DNA of 64,000 nucleotides from Eledone cirrhosa. Taxonomy: Eukaryota. A program made the position numbers and the translations under genes. The stretch lies in the NCBI GenBank assembly GCA_964016885.1, contig OZ024743.1, positions 341,930,001 through 341,994,000 on the forward strand. The letters are read 5' to 3'. Below the pieces are notes generated by a model. It was given only the letters and a program-made list of their open reading frames with translations, was not told the DNA's origin and did no database searches. Of the stretch, positions 54,527-64,000 are shown in pieces. Position 1 is the stretch's first letter. Each line of letters opens with the position of its first letter.

Positions 54527-54600
54527 CCAGGTGGGGCAATCAAGTTAGACATGGCCTAGGCCAATACTGGCCGAAACCTATCAAGGTTATCAAAGTTATA
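54527..54600 (+). mobile_element. ~70-bp 3' tip of the CR1-group LINE seen at 1-1048
   Basis: AAGTTAGACATGGCCT..GGCCGAAACCTATCAA matches 1005-1040. TA flanks. Confidence 0.75.
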
Positions 54601-54693
54601 TATCTATATATATATAATAAAAGTATGTGTTCCTGCATGTAAATAATACACATAGGGATACAAGTATAGTCCGACTATACTTGTTTTTCCTTG

Positions 54694-54734
<41 letters not shown>

Positions 54735-54739
<5 letters not shown>

Positions 54740-56175
54740 TTATATGAATCAAAGTTCTGTTCAAATCATTTATATGCTTACAATTGTTTCCTCCAAACCG
54801 AGGTTTGGATTCTTCGGAGCAATTTATTAATGAATGATCACATATATGACCTCCTTTTCAACCCAAGAGACATACAGACACATATGCATATATCGTTGCT
54901 TGGTGGGTCGACATCCATTATAACATTTAGCGTGGCAGTATACATTTAAAGATTACAGTCATAACAAAAGAGGATACAATTAAAATTAAAGTTAAAATAC
55001 AACATGAAATTAATGCGATAGGATAGTCAGAAGCAGTTAGTGTGTGCAATAGTTACACGTGTGGCAAGCACGCGAGTCTTATTTATGTAATATTATAGTG
55101 CGGCAGGGTGTTACATGTAATACAAGCACTTCAAGCGTGTAATCAAGAGTATTAAGGGGGTTGTACTGGTAATATATCTTTTATATTTATGTTATAGAAG
55201 ATTGTGTGTAGAGAAATATTATAAATATTAAAAATATTAGAAATGTGTAGCAAAGCGATGATATGGTTTTCGTGTACAACACCATTTTCACAGTCCGGAG
55301 AGCGTAATATCTAGATTATATGCCCCTCAGATAATCCACGACGGTTTAATATTGGACGTTTGATGATTCTGTTAGAGTATCATAGTTTGTTGGTCTTTAG
55401 TCCAATTTATGTAGCAGGTTGTTTTAGTTGCGAGAATTAACATCGTATTATTTTCCGGAAGTCTGTGTACACGAAAACCATATAATCGCTTTGTTACACA
55501 TTTCTAATATTTTTAATATTTATAATATTTCTCTACACACAAGCTTCTATAACATTCATATAAAAGATATATTACCAGTACAACCCCCTTAATACTCTTG
55601 TTTACCCTCTTGAAGTGCTTGTATTACATGTAACACCCTGCCGCACTATAATATTATATAAATAAGACTCACGTGCTTGCCACACGTGTAACTATTGCAC
55701 ACACTAACTGCTTCTGACTATCCTATCGCATTAATTTCATGTTGTATTTTAACTTTAATTTTAATTTTATCCTCTTTTGATATGACTGTAATCTTTAAAT
55801 GTATACTGCCACGCTAAATGTGATAATGGATGTCGACCCACCAAGCAGCAATATATGCATATGTTTCTGTATGTCTCTTGGGTTGAGAAGGAGGTCATAT
55901 ATGTGATCATTCATTAATAAATTGCTCCGAAGAATCCAAACCTCGGTTTGGAGGAAACAATTGTAAGCATATAAATGATTTGAACAGAACTTTGATTCAT
56001 ATAACTTATATATAACTGCTCTGTAAAACAACTGATGTTATTACATTGAGCTATTTATCTTACTGGTAATAAGGTAGTAATATTTTACTGCCTATCACTA
56101 TTTAGGGTTTGAAAAAATATATATAACTACAAAAGGTTTGAGTATATGCATAACCATAAATAGTATCCTTAATAC
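54735..56175. mobile_element. Fold-back PLE remnant: ~550-bp inverted arms (54735-55285 / 55465-56010) with HHRs
   Basis: Arms are highly similar but not identical. The spacer on minus reads YINWTK...PILNRRG (decayed GIY-YIG C-terminus-like). The right arm extends ~165 nt further to (TA)n. Confidence 0.8.
55923..55969 (+). ncRNA. Type I HHR with U4C core (copy at 54775-54821, minus)
   Basis: TGCT-CCGAAGA-A-TCCAAAC-CTCG-GTTTGGA-G-GAAA-CAATTG-TA-AGCA. Confidence 0.78.
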
Positions 56176-57239
56176 TATATATATATATATATATATACCT
56201 ATATACTGTTCGGAAATTATTCTCGGTTTTAGTCGGTAATTGTGAAACGACTTAACTCAGTCCAGAATAAATTTTATTGGTTCCGTTAATCTATAGCTCC
56301 GTGATTCTGGAGATGAGGTACTCTTCGAAGGCATTTTATGCAGCGGTTGTTTAATCATTTAAGAATTTGAAATGCTTGAAAATTGGTGAAATATCCGATA
56401 ATCGCGATGGATAAAAGAGAGTTTAGTAACCCAAACTGTTCAACTCCTGGAACGTTGGTTGTGCGATGTGTGATCGGACGTTGATGTGCAAAAGGTTTGG
56501 CGCTTTTATATTGATTAAAACTGGATGTATACGCTGCAATTCCTGATGAATTTCAACGATTGGGTAACAATATTTGTCTGCCGTGAATGTTCTCCATGAT
56601 TCAGAGAGCTGAAGCGGATTAGTCCGGCTGCGGACTATTAAACATTCATCATACATTTCTTTTGGCACAAAGTTAGATTTAGGAAGATTTTAGAAGCAAC
56701 TAATGTATTGAACGCCATCGGCTGTTGTATAGGATCCACGTTCTATGAGATGTCACAATACGATAAACAAAGGGTTTTTCTGGGTTTCGTTCAAGCGTTT
56801 TTGATTTTTTTCAGTTCAGTTCAAATGCTCAGATATTGTTTCAATGCTTACATCTAGATCTCCTGCAAGTTATCGAACAACCTTTAATTCATCTTCGCAA
56901 CCTTCCCTATTTTCAAGAGCGTTGAAAACAACGTTGAGATGTGCATTGATTAACACATTCTTGGACCCCAAACTTCAGTGATGTTATTAATCATTTGCAC
57001 TACAATGCAGCAGAGGTAAAACTCATAGAAATAAATCTGGCGAAAATCCTCTATTGAATACTAAAAATCATAATTCTGAGAATTGATTAAGATATAATTT
57101 ATATTAAAGCGGGATTGCAAAAAAAGAAAAAAGCATAATATATACTTCATAATTTCACACACATTGAAATTAAAAAGTGCTGAAACAAATAAAAATAAAC
57201 CTGCTTGCATGTCTGAACAACCTAATACACACACACACA

Positions 57240-57296
<57 letters not shown>

Positions 57297-57348
57297 TAAT
57301 TCTGGCGATTTTTTTTCCTTTGTTTGGAAGAAGAGATTGACTTTGTTT

Positions 57349-57397
57349 GTTTCAGAAGATCCCGTTAAGGGTGAAAGCAGCGATTCTTTGCTTAAAC
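57349..57397 (+). ncRNA. HHR-like motif (U4A) in a ~120-bp insert between two (TA)n tracts
   Basis: GTTT-CAGAAGA-TCCC-GTTAA-GGGT-GAAA-GCA..TGC-TT-AAAC. Confidence 0.6.
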
Positions 57398-57409
57398 TTT
57401 AATCTGTTA

Positions 57410-57497
<88 letters not shown>

Positions 57498-57499
57498 TA

Positions 57500-59472
57500 T
57501 AACGAAGGAAATGTGGTAAGGAACCAGGTGGACCATAACACACCAAAGTACTCAATACTTGGGGTAGTAGAGTGGGTAATAGGAACCAGTAAGACCCCGA
57601 CAGCTGAGCTCAAGCCGTTTCGACTGCTAATTCTGGACTAAATGAAAATTTATCCTGGTATTTAAATAGCCGATCTTCTCAAGGGGTAATTCCATATATG
57701 GTCAAAGTGATTGTCAAAAATCAGTAGTAATTCTGTGGTTGCAAATTAGTAGGGGAGATGGTGGCTAAACCTGCCAGTAGGAGAAATAGGGGAGGGGTGG
57801 AGTAGACCCAATCAAGCGTTGGTAGTGCCAGCTACAGCTGGGCATGAGGTCAAAGAAGATACAGGGGAGGGGGAGGGGGAGGAAGTCGGAACGGTAGGTA
57901 GAACAATGGGGGGTAGAAATATATAGGAAAGAAAAAATACTGAGAGTGAAGAAAAGCAAATAAGTGTAAAGAAAAAAGTAAAGTAAATTAAATTCTACGA
58001 CCTAGGTCTCAGGCTATTGTTAGGCAACAACATCACCTATGATCTCACTTGGAGATTACTGTCCAGAGCCAATTCTTACACGGGAGGACGCCGTCCGTGC
58101 AATTTATGCTCGGAGGAAACTTTACAAATGCTGTTTTCGACGGACCAACTCCTAAACAAGAAAGTTGAACTGGTCACTGCATGTAAACATAGATTGCGTA
58201 GGACTTACCTCGCCCTCAAACCCCATAATGACCCGGGGGGGGGGGGGGGTAGACTAGGGCTATAACACCCCACTTGCCGATTTTGCAATGGGTAACCCCT
58301 GCTTGCCAAGGAAGACGTAAGATCTTCTTTGTATTCTTTTATCGCTTCCTTTATTTCCTTCCCCCCTCTCTCCTTAGTCCTTCTACCCCAGCTCTTCTCC
58401 TTTGTCGGCGTCTTTTCTCGCCCACCCTAGGCTGCCCTTTGGCCCCATGTAGCCTTAGTACCCCCACCACCCCCTCCCCTAGTCTATGATAGATTTTGCG
58501 GACTCCGCCCTTTATAGCAGTTGGCTTAGGCCCCGGATACTTGCCCCCTTTTTCCCACCGCTCCCACTATTCTCTGTGCCCTCTATATTTCTTAGTGGCA
58601 CTTATGCCTTATTTTTTCGTTTCAGTATTTCTTGCTTCGCTTTTCTTCTGGGCGGGGTGGATTCTGAATTTATTTATCCGTATTCTACCTTTATTTCGTA
58701 CGAACTTTCATGTAGCTTGTTTTAGATCTTTTAGAGTTAGCATTAGTATATATTTTTCTCGGGACTCGGAATTATTATCTCGTACAAGTTTACTTTGCTG
58801 CACTGGGTCGTTGCTGGCCCGTGATGGAAACCTTTATTGTTTATTTCGTGGTAGTCTCTTTAGTATTTTGGCCCCTTTTGTTGACCCGTCACCGTATCAT
58901 TTACGTACTTATACCTCTTAAAAGGGTCCTTGCCTATACCGTCCCACCTAGTTCTTTTACTTATTTCGTTATTTCTTTATTTCTTTCTTTCTTTACTTCT
59001 TTCTTTCTTTATTTATTTTATTCTAGCCTAACAATAGCCTGAGACCTAGGTCGTAGAATTTAATTTACTTTATTTTTTTCTTTACACTTATTTGCTTTTC
59101 TTCACTCTCAGTATTTTTTCTTTCCTATATATTTCTACCCCCCATTGTTCTACCTACCGTTCCGACTTCCTCCCCCTCCCCCTCCCCTGTATCTTCTTTG
59201 ACCTCATGCCCAGCTGTAGCTGGCACTACCAACGCTTGATTGGGTCTACTCCACCCCTCCCCTCTTTCTCCTACTGGCAGGTTTAGCCACCATCTCCCCT
59301 ACTAATTTGCAACCACAGAATTACTACTGATTTTTGACAATCACTTTGACCATATATGGAATTACCCCTTGAGAAGATCGGCTATTTAAATACCAGGATA
59401 AATGTTCATTTAGTCCAGAATTAGCCGTCGAAACGGCTTGAGCTCAGCTGTCGGGGTCTTACTGGTTCCTAT
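57500..59472 (+). mobile_element. 5'-truncated Neptune-type PLE (PLE3) with inverted 5' pLTR
   Basis: 58025-58250 encodes ITYDLTWRLLSRANSYTGGRRPCNLCSEE...LLNKKVELVTACKH. 57580-58025 is the reverse complement of 59025-59472. (TA)n flanks. Confidence 0.88.
59364..59457 (+). ncRNA. Type I HHR with U3-A8 core (copy at 57594-57687, minus)
   Basis: ACCCC-TTGAGAA-GATCGGCTA...TAGCCGTC-GAAA-CGGCT-TGAGCTC-AGCTG-TC-GGGGT. Confidence 0.82.
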
Positions 59473-59494
59473 ATATATATATATATATATATAT

Positions 59495-59983
59495 AATAAA
59501 ATACGTCCCTCATCAGTGATTTGCCGAAGATCATAGATATTTCATTGCATTAAAAACCATATATCTCACTTCGGTGCAATAATAACCAAAATAAGTTATT
59601 AGGACAATTAAAACGCGTAAAGCGAGTGAGACAGGAGAACAACAGAAAATATAGCATACCGTGGGAGAGAAACAAGCTTCAAAAATTATTCTGTTAGCGT
59701 AAGCTAGGTGAATATATGAGCGCTTAGAGAATAGTGCTAGCACGAACGAAGGCCATTGAGCAGAGAGAGAAAAAATAGCGTCCGTTAGTGCAGGATGAAA
59801 TGAAGAGAAGAGGGAGAAAAACAGTGAGTGAGTGAAAGTGTGAGGAAGAGTTAACGGACAAGACAGAGGGGGAGAAACAGAGAGAATGGGGGAACAGTAT
59901 ATCTATGATCTTCGGCAAATCACTGATGAGGGACGTATTTTATTACATGTTACCATGTGCTACCTGCAGTATTTTTCTCTATA

Positions 59984-59990
<7 letters not shown>
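59495..59990. repeat. (TA)n-flanked element with ~45-bp inverted repeats (59495-59540 / 59900-59945) containing CTGATGAG
   Basis: The inverted repeat is seen directly. The GAAA half of an HHR is not recognisable. Confidence 0.65.
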
Positions 59991-60022
<32 letters not shown>

Positions 60023-60560
60023 GTGTGTGCGCGTGAATAATGACACAAAAGAATGATACTATACATTGATAATAGATATTAGTTTAACGCGTGATACAGC
60101 AGAATATGTTTCCTAATGTTTAGGTCGACAGTCCTTTATCAGTAGGTAGAATGCAAGATAGAAGAAGAAATAGAAAGATAGACTAGAGTATAAAAAAGCG
60201 AAAGGAAAAATATTTACCAGAGGAATACATATGATTGGTTACGAAGCTATTTAGTGGAAAAGAAAGACGAAGAGAGAAGATGCGAAGAAATGATAAGAGG
60301 AAAGGAGAGAAAGAAAGGGTTCAGATTGAGAGGAGGAATCTTGGATAAAAGGATAAGAAATGAGTGTTGATAAAGGGAAAAGAAGCACCACCAGATATAA
60401 TATGTAAGTCGATTGATAAAATATATTGAAAGAATAAATAGAATTGTCAGCTAAGATAGCTTCTAGAGAATGAATGCTGTTTATGATGGTGATGATATAA
60501 AAGGTGATGAAGTGGGTGATATGAGTAAATACGTGATAATGGATAAATGTAATATATTAA

Positions 60561-60733
60561 GGCGGTGGGTTGGCAGTATTGGTAGAGCGAAAGACATTAT
60601 GTTTTGCAGCTTAGAGTTATGGCCCTTTACGTTCTGAGTCCAAATCCCGAATTTTATCCTTACAGGGTCGATAAAATCAATCACCAGTAATGCACTGTGG
60701 TAAGTGATGGCCATGTGCCACAACTAGAAACAA
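60561..60733 (+). mobile_element. tRNA-derived SINE
   Basis: GGCGGTGGGTTGGCAGTATTGG, GAGTCCAAATCC, GGGTCGATAAAATC, tail AGAAACAAT. Confidence 0.8.
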
Positions 60734-62145
60734 TAATACATTAGATGGGTGAATAGAAAATAAATAAACATAAATATGAATCGGATTGTACAAATAACAG
60801 ATGATGCCTTTACACCACCAATCTCCTCACCAACACCCACCTAGCCTACTTTATCATGGCTTACTAGCTCTATACGGACATTTAAATTGATTAAATTGAT
60901 AAAGATAACTTTCTCAAAGTTTCTTTTGACTATTACATTCTGATTATTTATTTTCTATTAATTTATATCATTAAACCCTTCTAATATACTTTATTTACTA
61001 ACAGCATTATCTCATATACCATCATCATAAACACCATAAACACCATAAACACCCTAAATTTCTCTGAGGCCTCCTTATGTGAAACTTCTATTTATTATTT
61101 GTAGTGGATTGGCAGTATCGGTAAAGCGTCGGACGCCATGCTCTGACGCATAGAGTGACAGCCTCTTCCATTCTGAGTTCAAATCCCGCTGAGGTTAACT
61201 TTGCCTTTCATCCCTACGGGGTCGATCAAATAATGTACCAGTAATGCACTGGGTAATTGCTGGACTTGTGCCATAAGCAGAAACAATTATTTGTAAATAT
61301 TTTTATTAATTGATTTACACATTATCTCTGGTGGCACTTCTTCATTCAACAGCTCTCACGCTCAACCCTTTATTCTAGATTTTACCACTCATTCTATCCC
61401 TTCCTCTCCCATATTTTCTCCTACTAATATTCACCGCGTCTTTTCTCCTCTTTCCCTTTATTTTTCCATTTCCCTTTTTCCCTTCATTTTTCTTATATCA
61501 TTTTTCTTTATTTCTTTGCTCCACTTCACTTTCCCTGTATTATTTCAAGACATACTCTTCATCATGTTTTCTTGTGATCCTTTCCCATATTTTCCCTAAG
61601 ACTGTTCACACCTCCCCTAAAACCCACTCCCACCACGGACAACCCCATCCCAAAAGCCCATCCCCAGACAACTTTCTCTACTGGGTCTTTCCCTAGTAAC
61701 ACGTCTCATCACGAGGTCGTAAAAAAGAGTATTATTAAACTCTACTGATGGGCTCCCTCAGCTTCAAGACACGCTATATATCCCGATGTCGCTAGCTAAG
61801 ACTTCATAGAATGATTCGGGTCCAAACATGGATAGAAACACATACATACATAAATACATATGTGTGTATGTATGTATGAATACATGTATTTATATATCAG
61901 AATGTCATAGTCTAAAGAAACTTCGAGAAAGTTGATGGTGATGAAGTATATTTCTTTTTCAATTTAATCAATTTAAATGTCCGTATAGAGCTAGTAAGCC
62001 ATGATAGAGTAGGCTAGGTGGGTGTAAGTGAGGAGATTGATCGTGTAAAGGCATCATCTGCTATTTGTACAATCCGATTCATATTTATGTTTTTTTTCTA
62101 TTACCTAATATCTACTCACCCATCTAATGTATTATTGTTTCTAGT
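60722..62145. repeat. ~180-bp inverted repeat (60722-60900 / 61958-62145)
   Basis: Diverged reverse-complement arms about 1 kb apart. Confidence 0.8.
61101..61288 (+). mobile_element. tRNA-derived SINE, full length
   Basis: A-box, B-box GAGTTCAAATCC, central domain and tail as in 12478-12664. Confidence 0.88.
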
Positions 62146-62158
62146 AGTGTATTATTGT

Positions 62159-62216
<58 letters not shown>

Positions 62217-62264
62217 AATGGAAGACTAAAATCCGATGATTTATATATATATACAATAATAATG

Positions 62265-62415
62265 ATTGTTTCTACTTTTGTCACAAGGCCAGCAATTATC
62301 CCAGTGTATTACTGGTACTTTATTTTATCGACCCCGTAAGGATGAAAGGCAAAGTTAACCTCGGCGGAATTTGAACTCCTACCATAAAGTACCGTAACTC
62401 TTTGCTGAAAAGCAT
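62265..62415 (-). mobile_element. tRNA-derived SINE, 5'-truncated
   Basis: Same family. AAT flanks. Confidence 0.85.
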
Positions 62416-62429
62416 AACAATAATAATAA

Positions 62430-62540
62430 CAATTCTTTCTTTATTGGCCACAAGGGCTTACATATAAATGACAATACAAAAAGATATGGACAGTGTGAGG
62501 TTTACAAAAATTCGATAAAAAAATAAATATAACGATAACC
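62430..62540 (-). mobile_element. L1/Tx1 3' tip
   Basis: Reverse reads GCCCTTGTGGCCAATAAGAGAAAGAATTGTTATTATT. Confidence 0.55.
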
Positions 62541-64000
62541 AGAATAATCACGGGAGTTCAGAAGAAATTCAATTCGATTTGCTTTAGGCTTGTGTTCACA
62601 AATGGAATGTAAAGATACTGCTAGTGCACGAATTTCAGTTAAGCAAGTTTCCAGTTGGTCTTCTGCTATATGGAAGTAAATTCATATAGCAGGAGACCAA
62701 CACAAGACCAAAGACCTTATATCAAAATTCATTTACTTCATCTCATTTGTTTCGTCAGAACAGTAGAAATATGCATAACATTTAGTGGAAGCAAGTCTCC
62801 TACAGAGAAAATGTCTGAATATCAAAGTGCCATTCTAATAACTGCAATAAATACTAATGTAATTTGAGCCGTTAAAATAGGGGAAGTTAAAGTTAAAGAT
62901 AAAATGAGATGAAATATGAGTAACGCCAAATCTATTGCATGACATTATAAAGAGATACAGAAAATAAAAATAAATAGAAAACGAAACTAATGGTTAGTTT
63001 CTAGTTTATAATAATATTGGAGAGAAGGGGCGGGAGGGGGGAACAAGGAGAAATGCAGAGAGATACGGTAAACGTTAGAGTAATTGATAATGGATCGCGA
63101 AACTAAAAGAAAGATAAAGCTACGTTGATGATTTAAAAGCATAGAAAGACAAAGGAGAAAGGAGAGGTTATTAAGGGCCAGTTTGAGACAAGTATTATAT
63201 TCAGAGTAGGACGGGGGAGAAGTAAGGGGAATATGACACTGAAATCAAATTTGCAACACAATAGAAATAGAAATTACAACTAGTTGAATGTAGATAATTA
63301 TTTATGCAAAGTATGAATTACGTCGGGGAAATACATCTATAGTGACAGACAGTACAGGGAGAATAAATAGATATAATTAAGTAAGGTAAGAAGATACAAT
63401 AATTATAAAATCTATTGTTATAAAGATTCTGAAATTGCAATACATGTAAAAAATAGATATGGGAATGACTAAGATAGAATGAAGTGACAAATAGTTCAAA
63501 TAACTATAAAAATAGAGAGAGTAAAACAAATATCCCAAATTTATGTTGGATGTACATATCAACTGTCCAATGGCTACTGATGGTTATATAATCAAGTAAG
63601 TCAGTGGCAGCAGAGAAAGATGATTTAACAGTATTTGTATTTATTATCCTATGGTATTTATAGTCTGGAGATAAACCTTTATCAATAATTTTAAAAAAAA
63701 ATGCTTAGGTATATTAGAATCTACCTGGATTCTGTTTCGAAGGTTATGCCAAATACTTCTTCGTTTTCCATTTTTCTCTAAAGTGATTTATATAACTTAT
63801 TTTACTTAGAAGGAATATTATTCCGTATATTATGTTATTTAGTATTATCAAAATTATTATTAGTTTCCTTAGGTCGCCAAAGTTAGATTATTTGTATATA
63901 GCAATTTCGACTATCTATGTTAGATACTACTAGAGCGTTATATGGTAACCATTTTTGTCATATCCTATATGAGAATCCTTACCAGAGGATTCAATATTAT

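Noticed and set aside
56400-57000. Possible decayed DNA transposase ORF
   Set aside because: No recognisable catalytic motif or terminal repeats.
60105-60147. HHR-like CTGATAA-AGG..CCT-AAA on minus
   Set aside because: Both conserved boxes are mutated, so at best a dead relic.

Overview
AT-rich, microsatellite-saturated eukaryotic (animal) DNA with no recognisable host gene. The tRNA-derived SINE and the Dong/R4, RTE and Penelope content resemble octopod cephalopod genomes (inference). Almost all interpretable sequence is retroelement-derived and is partitioned by microsatellite. (TA)n tracts carry Penelope-like elements (two near-complete Neptune-type RT+GIY-YIG copies at 4.9-10.7 kb and 17.3-25.2 kb, plus fragments), a 5'-inverted RTE-clade LINE and CR1-group LINE ends. 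(AAT/ATT)n tracts carry a 12-kb pile-up of Dong/R4 LINEs, L1/Tx1 ends and SINEs. The most striking feature, invisible in the ORF track, is roughly 25 type I hammerhead ribozyme (HHR) motifs of about 15 different sequence types. They sit in non-coding, (TA)n-flanked tandem and/or fold-back (palindromic) elements that look like non-autonomous Penelope derivatives or retrozymes. Three types carry the compensatory U3-A8 core (UUGANAA instead of CUGANGA). All folds were read by eye, and element boundaries are approximate to about 10-20 nt.
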